Below are positions 40,796 through 49,644 of a stretch of DNA of 64,000 bases, piece by piece. The notes beneath the pieces were generated by a model that ran no database searches, was not told the DNA's origin, and saw only the letters and a program-made list of their open reading frames with translations. Source of the DNA: Armatimonadota bacterium (GTDB lineage: Bacteria; Armatimonadota; SYMT01); NCBI GenBank assembly GCA_046292385.1, contig JBKBRF010000005.1:71744-135743 (forward strand), read 5' to 3'. The position numbers and the translations under genes are program-made. Within the stretch, counting starts at the first letter, position 1, and each line of letters starts with the position of its first letter.

Positions 40796-41955
40796 TAGTG
40801 GCTTCTGCCACCCCGGCGGGGGCGTTCGGGGCGGTAGTAGCTGCGGAGGTTGCGGTCCATCAGCTCCTGCTCCTCCTCCGCCACTTCCTTCAGGTTCCCG
40901 AAGATCATCTTTCCGGCCACGGTCTGCAGCACGCTGGTGACCACCGCCACGACGGTCTCGCCGACGCGGGAGCGGGCGTGCTCGACCACTACCATCGTGC
41001 CGTCGTCCAGGTAAGCGATGCCCTGGCCGGGCTCCTTGCCCTCTTTGATGACGTGGACGGTCAGCTCTTCCCCGGGTAGGACCACCGGCTTGAGAGAGTT
41101 GGCGAGCTGGTTCACGTTCAGGACGGAGACTCCCTGCAGCTCGGCCACCTTGTTCAGGTTGAAGTCGTTCGTCACGATGGAGCCGTTCATCTCCTTCGCC
41201 AGCCGCACCAGCTTGCTATCCACCGGCTCGTGCTCGCCGCCCTTGACCAGGTGGTCGTAGGTGCGGACGATCAGGCTGAACTCCTTCTGCATGTCGTTCA
41301 GGATATCGAGCCCCCGCCGGCCGCGGGCGCGCTTGAGGGAGTCGCTCGAGTCGGCGATCGTCTGGAGCTCGTCCAGCACGAAGCCGGGCACGTAGAGCGT
41401 GCCCTCGATGAAGCCGGTCCGGCAGATCTCTGAGATGCGGCCATCGATGATGATGTTCGTATCGAGGATCTTCACCTGTTCCAGTGCCGAGCGGTCTTCC
41501 GCCACGGCCCCGTACGGCGGCAGCAGCTTGCGGAGCTCATCCCGCATGCTCATGGCCCCCTGGGTGGCGAGGAAGACCATCGTAAACAGGAGCCCGATCC
41601 CCAGCGTGATCCGGAGCAGCGGCTCGGTGATCTGATTCAGCAGCGGCACCAGGAGGAAGGTCAGCAGCAGGCCGATGACGGCCCCGACGCAGAGGGCGAT
41701 CTTGTCATTGGCCGGCATCTCGCGCAGGTTCTCGGCGAGATGGGTGATGTAGTAGCTGACCTTGGAGTAGGCGAAGATGCCGGCGAGGATGCCGATTACG
41801 GTGAAACCGATCCGGCTCAGGTTGCGCAGGTTCGGAATGTCCCCGATGTACGCGTCGATGGTCGGGATGCTGGTATACCAGATCCCGACGCGGTACCCCA
41901 GGTAAGCGCCAACTACAGAGAGGACGAGCAGCAGAACGGCGCGGACGATAGCCAC
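40795..41955 (-). CDS. PIN/TRAM domain membrane protein (YacL-like)
   Basis: ILDTNIIIDGRI, RGRRGLDIL, TNDFNLNKVA, YLDDGTMVVVE; upstream of ispDF as in Firmicutes. Confidence 0.92.
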   Translation of the reverse strand: MAIVRAVLLLVLSVVGAYLGYRVGIWYTSIPTIDAYIGDIPNLRNLSRIGFTVIGILAGIFAYSKVSYYITHLAENLREMPANDKIALCVGAVIGLLLTFLLVPLLNQITEPLLRITLGIGLLFTMVFLATQGAMSMRDELRKLLPPYGAVAEDRSALEQVKILDTNIIIDGRISEICRTGFIEGTLYVPGFVLDELQTIADSSDSLKRARGRRGLDILNDMQKEFSLIVRTYDHLVKGGEHEPVDSKLVRLAKEMNGSIVTNDFNLNKVAELQGVSVLNVNQLANSLKPVVLPGEELTVHVIKEGKEPGQGIAYLDDGTMVVVEHARSRVGETVVAVVTSVLQTVAGKMIFGNLKEVAEEEQELMDRNLRSYYRPERPRRGGRSH

Positions 41956-42232
41956 AACGATTTTCTCCTGGCCGCATCACGTCCGGCGGTGGCGCGTGGC
42001 GGACCCGGAAGTTGATTGATAGGGCGGCATCTCAGCGCCCGGGCGAGGGGCTCCGGCTTGCTGTCCGGAGGCCGTCACGTCACAGTCTGAGAAGCCGCAG
42101 CTCGATCGGCGGGTTGTCTGAATAACCGACAAGCTGCCGGTAGAGCACACTCAGGACCGCCATACGGTCTTTGTTCCGGCAGAGCCTCCCGCTGTCCTCT
42201 TTTCGCGTCGAAGGGCGCCGAAACCCGCCCCG

Positions 42233-43150
42233 CTAGCGCGCAGCCCGGTGCCGCAGCACGCCCCGGCGCGGGGCCGAGACCGGCGCGGACTGACGTGCTG
42301 ATTCTACCGCCATTTGCATCTCCGCGTGGTAAAGCCGCGGAAGCGCTCCGTATTCCAGGTAGAGCGACTGCTGCTCGATGAGGAAGTAGCGACGGCCGAG
42401 GCGCATCGCGGCCTCCGCCGTGGTGCCGGTGCCTCCGAACGGGTCGAGCACCAGGTCTCCGGGCCGGGTGCAGGCGGAGACGATCCGCTGTAGCAGCGGC
42501 AGCGGCTTCTCCGTGCTGTGCAGCTTCTTGCCGTCGCCGCCCTTCTTACGGGCGTCGCCGTTGCAGATCGGGAAGCGCCAGACGCTGCGCATCTGCTTGC
42601 CGCCGTTCGCCTGCTTCAGGTCGTGGTAGTTAAAGGTGTAGCCGCGCGCGTACCGCTCCCCCTTGGCCGCCCAGATCATCTCCTCGTGCGCGTTGCAGAA
42701 GCGCACGCCCCGGAAGTGCGGCGTGGGGTTCGTCTTCTCCCAGATCACGCTGTTCAGCATCCAGTAGCCGAGGTCTTGCATCAGCGTGCCGATCCGGAAG
42801 ATGTTGTGGTAGCTGCCGATCACCCAGAGCGTGCCGGTGTCTTTCAGCACCCGCTGGCACTGGGTCAGCCACTCCCGGCAGAAGCGATCGTACTCCGCCC
42901 AGTCCGCAAACTGGTCCCACGCGTCGTCCACCGCGTCTACCACCGTGTTGTTGGGCCGGCGCAGCTCGTTCTGGAGCTGCAGGAAATAGGGCGGGTCCGC
43001 GAAGATGAGGTCCACGCTCCGGTCCGGCAGGTCGCTCAACACCCGGCAGCAGTCGCCCTGCACCACCCAGCTGCGGCTCAGGTCGTACACCTGCTCCGGC
43101 ACGTGGCGGATGAACCGGGGGGTGAGTTGCGAGAGAGCGGATCGATCCAT
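42233..43150 (-). CDS. Orphan N6-adenine/N4-cytosine DNA methyltransferase, CcrM/M.HinfI-like (beta class)
   Basis: IFADPPY, VDAVDDAWDQF, WVIGSYHNIFRIG, HSTEKP, LDPFGGTGTT. Confidence 0.88.
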   Translation of the reverse strand: MDRSALSQLTPRFIRHVPEQVYDLSRSWVVQGDCCRVLSDLPDRSVDLIFADPPYFLQLQNELRRPNNTVVDAVDDAWDQFADWAEYDRFCREWLTQCQRVLKDTGTLWVIGSYHNIFRIGTLMQDLGYWMLNSVIWEKTNPTPHFRGVRFCNAHEEMIWAAKGERYARGYTFNYHDLKQANGGKQMRSVWRFPICNGDARKKGGDGKKLHSTEKPLPLLQRIVSACTRPGDLVLDPFGGTGTTAEAAMRLGRRYFLIEQQSLYLEYGALPRLYHAEMQMAVESARQSAPVSAPRRGVLRHRAAR

Positions 43151-43398
43151 GTGGGGGAACCTCCGGGGCCGACTTTTGTATTCCTGTGCGGGAATCTAGA
43201 TAAACTCGCGGATTCCAACGACTATGTCGGCTGCGCCCTCGCGGCGGCACAGGGCTGCTCGCTTGCTGGCCCCGGATGCGGGGCGGAGAGGCAGACATTC
43301 GGCGGGGCTGCCGCCCCTCCACAGGCCCCCTTGTGATACCGTTTACGGATTGATCCAACCAACTTTAAGCAAGCGAGCTGTGAAGGAGTGGCCTCTCG

Positions 43399-44457
43399 AT
43401 GGAGAGCGAGTCTTTTGAGTTTCTTCGGGCCCTGGTAGAGACCGGCGGGCCCTCCGGCTACGAGCAGCCGGTGCAGGCGGTCTACCGGCGGCAGGCAGAA
43501 GCTTATGGGGCGAGCGTGGAGATCGACGTGCTGGGGAACGCGATCGCCACGATCAACGCCGGCGGCGCTCCCCGCGTGATGCTCGCCGGACACGCGGACG
43601 AAATCGGGTTCCTGGTCCGTCACATCGACGACGACGGCTACATCTACTTCGGGCCGGTCGGCGGCTGGGATGCCGAGATCGTGGTGGGCCAGCGGGTGAC
43701 GGTCCACACGGAGAACGGCCCGGTCTGCGGCGTGATCGGCAAGCGGGCGATCCACCTGATGGACGAGGAAGACCGCCGGAAGAAGAGCGAGCTCTACAAG
43801 CTCTGGATCGATCTCGGCGTCACCTGCAGGGCCGACGCGGAGGCGCTGGTCACCATCGGCGATCCGGTGACGATGCGCCAGCCGCTGGAGCGCCTCCACG
43901 GAGACATGGTCGCGGCCAAGAGCTTCGACAACCGGATGGCGGTCTGGGTGTGCGCGGAGACGCTGCGCCTGCTGCGCGGTGCGGAGCTGAAGGCGGCGGT
44001 CTACAGCGTCTCCACCGTCCAGGAGGAGATCGGCCTCCGCGGCGCGCGGACTTCTTCGTTCGGCATCAATCCGCAGGTCGGCATTGCGCTCGACGTCTGC
44101 CACTCCACCGACTATCCCGAGGCCGACAAGCGGAAAGTGGGCGACATTCGCCTCGGCCGCGGCCCGGTGATCTCGCGCGGCGCGAACATCAACCCGCGCG
44201 TCTTCGAGCTGCTGGTCCGCACCGCCCGCGAAGACGGCATCCCCTACCAGGTCGAGGCCGCCCCCGCCGGCACCGGCACGGATGCCAACGCCATGCAGCT
44301 GAACCAGGCCGGCATGGCGACCGGCCTCGTCTCGGTCCCGCTCCGGTACATGCACACCCCGTGCGAGATGCTCTCGCTCGCCGACCTGGAAAACGCCGCC
44401 CGCCTCTGCGCCGGCTTCATCCGCCGCATCAGCGGCGACGAGAGCTGGATCCCGTAG
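43399..44457 (+). CDS. M42 family metallo-aminopeptidase
   Basis: GPSGYE, GHADEIG, FDNR, VQEEIG, GTDA, RYMHTP. Confidence 0.93.
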   Translation: MESESFEFLRALVETGGPSGYEQPVQAVYRRQAEAYGASVEIDVLGNAIATINAGGAPRVMLAGHADEIGFLVRHIDDDGYIYFGPVGGWDAEIVVGQRVTVHTENGPVCGVIGKRAIHLMDEEDRRKKSELYKLWIDLGVTCRADAEALVTIGDPVTMRQPLERLHGDMVAAKSFDNRMAVWVCAETLRLLRGAELKAAVYSVSTVQEEIGLRGARTSSFGINPQVGIALDVCHSTDYPEADKRKVGDIRLGRGPVISRGANINPRVFELLVRTAREDGIPYQVEAAPAGTGTDANAMQLNQAGMATGLVSVPLRYMHTPCEMLSLADLENAARLCAGFIRRISGDESWIP

Positions 44458-44470
44458 CGCTGCGCGGCTT

Positions 44471-44638
44471 GACGGAGAGATAGAGGGACCTTCCGGGACG
44501 GAGAGACAGAGCGACGGAGAGACGGGGTGAATCCGAACCCCTGAATGCGCAAAGCGGACTCTGCCCGTCGCAGACAGCTCTCCCCGTCCCTCTGTCTCTC
44601 CGTCTCTCCGTCTCTCTGTCCCCGAAGGTCTCTCCGTC
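44471..44638. repeat. GAC(G/A)GAG(A/G)-octamer inverted repeat
   Basis: GACGGAGA GACAGAGC GACGGAGA GACGGGG...CCCCGTC CCTCTGTC TCTCCGTC TCTCCGTC TCTCTGTC. Confidence 0.85.
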
Positions 44639-44710
44639 TTCGTCGTCCGTAGCGCCTCGGCTTCGGAAAAGAGGGAGAGGCTGCTGCGGATCGCCGGGGC
44701 AGGGTCCGAC

Positions 44711-45460
44711 ATGGAGAGTGTGATCGACGGCATACCCTTCAAGATGGGCGAGACCCCGATGGTCGAGCTGGTGGACGTCACGCTCCGCCACCGGGAGAAG
44801 AACCTCGCGCTGCAGAACGTGTGCTGCCGGGTGTCCCGCGGCGAGCTCGTCTTTGTCGTCGGCCACACCGGCAGCGGGAAGTCTTCCCTCCTCCGCCTGC
44901 TCAACCGCGAGCTGCGGCCCACCTCCGGGCAGGTCTGGGTCGACGGGCAGGACGTCACCCGGCTCCGCCCGCGCGACATCCCCGCGCTGCGGCGCAAGAT
45001 CGGCGTCGTCTTCCAGGATTTCCGGCTGCTGCCGGACCGCACCATCGAGGAGAACGTCGCCTTCGCGCTGCGGGTGATCGGCGTGCACGGAAAGGCGCTC
45101 CGCGGCCGCACTTTCGACGCGCTCCAGTGCGTGGGGCTGATGTCGAAAGGCAAGATGTATCCGCACCAGGTCTCCGGCGGGGAGCAGCAGCGGGCCGCGC
45201 TGGCCCGCGCCATCGTCAACTCCCCGCAGCTCCTCATCGCCGACGAGCCGACCGGAAACCTCGACCCTGAGACCTCGCACGGGATCATGCAGCTCCTGGA
45301 GCAGATCAACGCCACCGGCACCACCGTGCTGGTAGCGACCCACGACCAGCAGATCGTCGACTCGATGCAGAAGCGCGTCCTCGCCCTGCACGAAGGGCGT
45401 CTCGTCCGCGACTCGACCGGAGGCTACACCCCCACCCCACCCCCGCTCATCCTTCGTTAG
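44711..45460 (+). CDS. ftsE: Cell division ATP-binding protein FtsE
   Basis: GHTGSGKS, LRRKIGVVFQDFRLL, SGGEQQR, ADEPTGNLD; precedes ftsX; true start may be 44760. Confidence 0.93.
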   Translation: MESVIDGIPFKMGETPMVELVDVTLRHREKNLALQNVCCRVSRGELVFVVGHTGSGKSSLLRLLNRELRPTSGQVWVDGQDVTRLRPRDIPALRRKIGVVFQDFRLLPDRTIEENVAFALRVIGVHGKALRGRTFDALQCVGLMSKGKMYPHQVSGGEQQRAALARAIVNSPQLLIADEPTGNLDPETSHGIMQLLEQINATGTTVLVATHDQQIVDSMQKRVLALHEGRLVRDSTGGYTPTPPPLILR

Positions 45461-45481
45461 CGGGTTCGGCTGGGGACCCGT

Positions 45482-45933
45482 TTCACCGCAGAGAGCGCAG
45501 AGGACGCAGAGATGAGGGACCGGCTCAATCAACTCAGCGAGTCGATCATCGGAGCGGCGATCCGAGTCCATCAGGAGCTCGGCCCCGGTCTGTTGGAGAG
45601 CACCTACGAGGCCTGCCTCGCCTTCGAGCTCCGCGAGCTGGGGTTGGAGGTGGAAACGCAGAAGGCACTCCCGGTTGTCTACCGGGGCGTACGGCTGGAC
45701 TGCGGGTACCGGCTCGATCTGCTGGTGGAAGAGCGGGTGGTGGTGGAGATAAAGGCGGTCGATGCGCTGGCCGCGATCCACGAGGCTCAGGTCCTATCCT
45801 ATCTGCGCCACTCGGGATGTTGTCTCGGATTGTTGATCAACTTCAACGTAGAGCGGCTACACACCGGTGTTCGCCGGCTGGTCCATCAGTTCCCCTCATA
45901 ATCCTCTCTGCGCCCTTTGCGGCCTCTGCGGTT
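45482..45933. mobile_element. Candidate inverted-repeat-bounded GxxExxY cassette inserted between ftsE and ftsX
   Basis: Left arm ACCGCAGAGAGCGCAGAGGACGCAGAGA abuts the ATG; right arm TCTCTGCGCCCTTTGCGGCCTCTGCGGT begins 3 nt after the stop; 24/28 complementary. Confidence 0.6.
45512..45901 (+). CDS. GxxExxY protein (PD-(D/E)xK nuclease fold)
   Basis: LGPGLLESTYE, RLDLLVEERVVVEIK, HEAQVLSYL, GLLINFN; 129 aa. Confidence 0.95.
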   Translation: MRDRLNQLSESIIGAAIRVHQELGPGLLESTYEACLAFELRELGLEVETQKALPVVYRGVRLDCGYRLDLLVEERVVVEIKAVDALAAIHEAQVLSYLRHSGCCLGLLINFNVERLHTGVRRLVHQFPS

Positions 45934-45947
45934 AGACACCCAAACCC

Positions 45948-46829
45948 ATGTTCAGCAGTCTCTGGTTTCTCATCGGTGAGTGTGCTCGGAACCTCCGCCG
46001 GCAGGGGTTGATGACGCTCGCTTCGATCAGCACCACCGCCATCGCGCTGACGATCATGGGGGTGGCGGGGCTGGTCGGCTGGCAGGTGTTCGCGGTGCTG
46101 GACGGCGCGCCGCGGCGGATGGAGATCCACGCCTTCTTCCGGACCGGTCTGCCGCGCACGGAGGCGCTGGAAGTGGTGCGGCAGGTGGAGCAGCTCCCCG
46201 GGGTGATCCGGGTGCACCTGGTGACGCGGGAGCAGGCCTGGACCGAGTTCCGCAAGAGTCACCTCCACCGGGACGTGCTGGAAGGCTTCAAGGAGAACCC
46301 CCTGCCGGACAAGCTCCACGTGGTGGCCCAGAGCCCGGAGCTGACGCTGCAGGTGGCGGACCGCATCCGCCAGATGCCGGGGATCGACGCGGTAAACGAG
46401 GGTAAGCAGGTGCTGAGCCAGCTCCTGCGGCTGATGTATATCGCGCGCACCGTGGGGCTGATCCTGGGCGGCGTGATGCTGATCGGGACGGCGGTCCTGG
46501 TGAGCAACGCGATCCGGATGACGCTCTACGCCCGGCGGCGGGACATCCGGGTGATGCAGCTCGTCGGCGCGACCAACGGCTTCATCCGCCTGCCGTTCCT
46601 GATGGAGGGGCTGGTGGAGGGCACGCTGGGCGGCGCCCTGGCCTGCGGCGCGCTGCTGGCGGCATTCCAGTACTACAGCTCCACCCTGCTGCCGCGGGTC
46701 CCGCTGCTCAACCAGTTCGACATGGCCCTGGAGCTGCCGCTCCTCTGCGGGGCGCTCCTGGCGGCCGGCGGCTGCATCGGCCTGCTGGGCAGCCTCGTCT
46801 CTCTTCGTCGCTTCCTGCAGCCCGCCTGA
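45948..46829 (+). CDS. ftsX: Cell division permease FtsX
   Basis: ENPLP, SNAIRMTLYARRRDIRVMQLVGATNGFIRLPFLMEG. Confidence 0.93.
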   Translation: MFSSLWFLIGECARNLRRQGLMTLASISTTAIALTIMGVAGLVGWQVFAVLDGAPRRMEIHAFFRTGLPRTEALEVVRQVEQLPGVIRVHLVTREQAWTEFRKSHLHRDVLEGFKENPLPDKLHVVAQSPELTLQVADRIRQMPGIDAVNEGKQVLSQLLRLMYIARTVGLILGGVMLIGTAVLVSNAIRMTLYARRRDIRVMQLVGATNGFIRLPFLMEGLVEGTLGGALACGALLAAFQYYSSTLLPRVPLLNQFDMALELPLLCGALLAAGGCIGLLGSLVSLRRFLQPA

Positions 46830-46913
46830 CCCGGCCGGTCTGTTCGTTCGCACCGGCCGCCGCTCCGCCCGTCCCGTCGGGTAAAGCGCGGCCGGTTCCG
46901 GAGTCCTTCTGCG

Positions 46914-48101
46914 ATGCCGTCTTCCCCACGCCCCCCTGCCAGCGCGAACCCGGCCCTGAAGTGGGTGGCCGCCGGCGCCGTGCTCCTCACCCTCGGCACG
47001 GTCCTCACCTCGGAGGCGGCGAAGCCGAGTAAGAAGGCGCGGATCCAGGCGCTCCGGCAGCGGCTTAAGTCGCTCTCGCAAAAGAAGGCGGACCAGCGCC
47101 AGGAGCTGCGGGAGACGAAGCGCACCCAGGGACGCTTGGCGGACCAGATCCAGGCCAGCTACGAAGATCTGGAGCGCGCCACCGAGGCGCTGCAGGCGTC
47201 CGAGCGGCGCCTGGAAGCGGCGGAAGCCGAGGTAGCCGAGACGACCGAGCGACTCCGGGTGGCCGAGGAGCGCCTCCGGGAGCAGCAGCGTCTCTTTGGG
47301 AAGCGGATCGCCTACTACTATAAGGAAGGGTCCACTTCCTACCTCGACGTGCTGCTGCAGGCGCGAGACATCGGCGACTTCCTGGACCGGCAGTACTACA
47401 TGGACCGGATCATGGACCAGGACGCCGCCCTGGTGTCCGGGCTCCGGCGCACCCAGGAAGAAGTGCGGCAGCAGCGGCTCCGGCTGCTCGAGCGCAAGGC
47501 GAAGCTGGCGCAGGCGCATGAGGAGAACGCGCAGCGGGTGCAGCTCGTGAGCGACCAGACGCTCAAGCTGGAGCGGTTCATGAAGTCGATCCAGAAAGAA
47601 CGCGCCCTGCAGGAACAGCGGCTGATCGAGATGGAAGAGGATTCGCGGGGCGTGGAGCGCTCGCTCGCGGCGGAGCTGAGCCGCAGATCCGCAAATCCGG
47701 GGAAGTACCGGAACCTTCCGAAGTGGTCCGGTCGCCTATACATGCCGGCAAGGGGCCCGATCACCTCTCGATTCGGTTACCGCACGCACCCGGTACTCAG
47801 GTACCGCAGGCTGCACTCGGGGGTCGATATCGGGGCCGGGACCGGCTCTCCAGTCTACGCCGCGGCGGACGGCGAGGTCTTCTTCGCGTCTTGGCGTGGC
47901 GGATATGGCAAGTGTATAATCCTGCTACATGGCGGGGGAGTATCCACTCTGTATGGACATCTCTCCCGCATCGATGTTCGATCCGGGCAGGACGTGCGAA
48001 GAGGGCAGCGGATTGGCGCTGTGGGAAGCACCGGTCTTAGCACCGGCCCGCACCTCCATTTCGAGGTGCGCCGGAATGGGGTGCCGGTAAACCCGCTTTG
48101 A
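46914..48101 (+). CDS. Coiled-coil M23 peptidase (EnvC-like)
   Basis: Long coiled coil; ITSRFGYR, HSGVDI, YGHLS, TGPHLHFEVR. Confidence 0.92.
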   Translation: MPSSPRPPASANPALKWVAAGAVLLTLGTVLTSEAAKPSKKARIQALRQRLKSLSQKKADQRQELRETKRTQGRLADQIQASYEDLERATEALQASERRLEAAEAEVAETTERLRVAEERLREQQRLFGKRIAYYYKEGSTSYLDVLLQARDIGDFLDRQYYMDRIMDQDAALVSGLRRTQEEVRQQRLRLLERKAKLAQAHEENAQRVQLVSDQTLKLERFMKSIQKERALQEQRLIEMEEDSRGVERSLAAELSRRSANPGKYRNLPKWSGRLYMPARGPITSRFGYRTHPVLRYRRLHSGVDIGAGTGSPVYAAADGEVFFASWRGGYGKCIILLHGGGVSTLYGHLSRIDVRSGQDVRRGQRIGAVGSTGLSTGPHLHFEVRRNGVPVNPL

Positions 48102-48127
48102 TCTGTTCTGCGGAGATCAGAAGTATT

Positions 48128-49594
48128 ATGCGACAAAGAGAACCAATCTGGTGGGTAGGCGCGACCGTCGCGGTACTGGCCGGTTTTTCCTTCTTCTCCG
48201 GCCTCGGTATCCGCGGCCTTTACGCTCAGGTCGCCTCCGGCCGGGAGGACGTCTCCAATCTCCCCAAGCTGGCGTCCACCGCGCCCCGGGTTCCCGATCC
48301 GGATCTCCGCCCGGCCGAGCTCTACTGGGACGTGCTCCATAAGCTGCAGCTCTATTACGTGGAGCCGCTTCCCCCCAAGTCGAAGCTCGCGTACGGCGCG
48401 ATCGACACCATGCTCAACCAGCTCAAGGACCCCAACACGCGTCTCTTGAGCCCGGAAGAAATGTCTGCCCTGAAGGGCGTGGGCGAGGGCCGCTTCACCG
48501 GTCTCGGCGCCGTGCTGACGGTCCGCCGCTACAACAACCGCCCGGACGCCGCGATGCCGGTGGATGAAGAGGGCGGCAACGCGGACGAGGCGAGCCGCGG
48601 CGTCCGCACGATCACGGTGGTGAGCGTGCCGCCGGGCACTCCGGCCGATAAGGCCGGGCTGCAGCCGGGCGACCGCATCACGGAGATCGACGGCAAGTGG
48701 GTGGCGCCGATCCACCTCTCCTACCGCGTGCTGACCCAGCTCACCGATCCCGCGGGCCCGCAGGACGGCCAGCCGGATAGCCCGCACGAGGATCCCGAGC
48801 GGCCCGAGCCGGATCCGAAGCGCGAGCAGCTCCGCAAAGAAGCCGAAGAGGAAGCCAAGCGCTGGAAGACGGCGACCGACCTGGCCAGCGGAATGACGCT
48901 CCTCGCCAGCACCGCCGGCGAGCACGAGCTGACGGTCGAGCGCGGCACGCCGGCCAAGACCGTGAAGGTCCGCGTTAACCTCGCCGACACGCAGGTTCCG
49001 CTGGTCAGCGCCCGCAAGTTGAACGGCGCCAACGGCTACCTGCAGGTGCTGGCGTTCGACGCCGCCACGGTGAAGAAGGCGGGCGAAGAGCTGGCCGCGC
49101 TGAAGAAGCAGGGCGTGAAGCACCTGGTGCTCGACCTGCGGCAGAACGCCGGCGGCAGCCTGGAAGCCACGCGCGACCTCGCCGGAATGCTGATGGGCGA
49201 CGGCAAGTTTGCCACCGTGAAGGAATATGTCACCCAGGCGGACGGCAGCCGCAAGCTGACGGACCGGCCGCTGGTGATCAAGGGCGTCACGCCGGTGCTC
49301 AAGCCGGCATCTCTTAGCGTGCTGGTGAACGGCGGCACGGCCGGCACGGCCGAGCTGCTCGCCGCCTCGCTGCGGGACGGGCTGAGCGCCAAGCTGGTCG
49401 GATCCGAGACGTTCGGCGCCGGCACCATTCAGGAAGTGCATCCCCTCCCCAACGGCGCGGGCGTCAGCATTACCCGCGCCAAGGTGTTGACGGCCCGGGG
49501 CATCGACTTCGATGCGAAGGGTCTCAAGGCTGACGTTGCTCCCCAGGGCGACCCGGTCGAAGCCGCGGTCAAGGCCCTGTCGGCCGGCGCCTAG
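48128..49594 (+). CDS. S41 (CtpA-like) PDZ protease homologue lacking the catalytic Ser/Lys
   Basis: DPNTR, PDZ GTPADKAGLQPGD, LDLRQNAGG; TAGTAE and TFGAG in place of SASASE and TFGKG. Confidence 0.8.
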   Translation: MRQREPIWWVGATVAVLAGFSFFSGLGIRGLYAQVASGREDVSNLPKLASTAPRVPDPDLRPAELYWDVLHKLQLYYVEPLPPKSKLAYGAIDTMLNQLKDPNTRLLSPEEMSALKGVGEGRFTGLGAVLTVRRYNNRPDAAMPVDEEGGNADEASRGVRTITVVSVPPGTPADKAGLQPGDRITEIDGKWVAPIHLSYRVLTQLTDPAGPQDGQPDSPHEDPERPEPDPKREQLRKEAEEEAKRWKTATDLASGMTLLASTAGEHELTVERGTPAKTVKVRVNLADTQVPLVSARKLNGANGYLQVLAFDAATVKKAGEELAALKKQGVKHLVLDLRQNAGGSLEATRDLAGMLMGDGKFATVKEYVTQADGSRKLTDRPLVIKGVTPVLKPASLSVLVNGGTAGTAELLAASLRDGLSAKLVGSETFGAGTIQEVHPLPNGAGVSITRAKVLTARGIDFDAKGLKADVAPQGDPVEAAVKALSAGA

Positions 49595-49644
49595 CCCCGG
49601 CAGGAACCTCTAAAGCGGCATCCAAGGCTTCCGAAGGACACGCA

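Noticed and set aside
35900..43150. NYN, PIN/TRAM and methyltransferase genes as a defence island
   Set aside because: They are interspersed with housekeeping genes (permease, ispDF), PIN/TRAM-ispD is a conserved core linkage, and no integrase is present.
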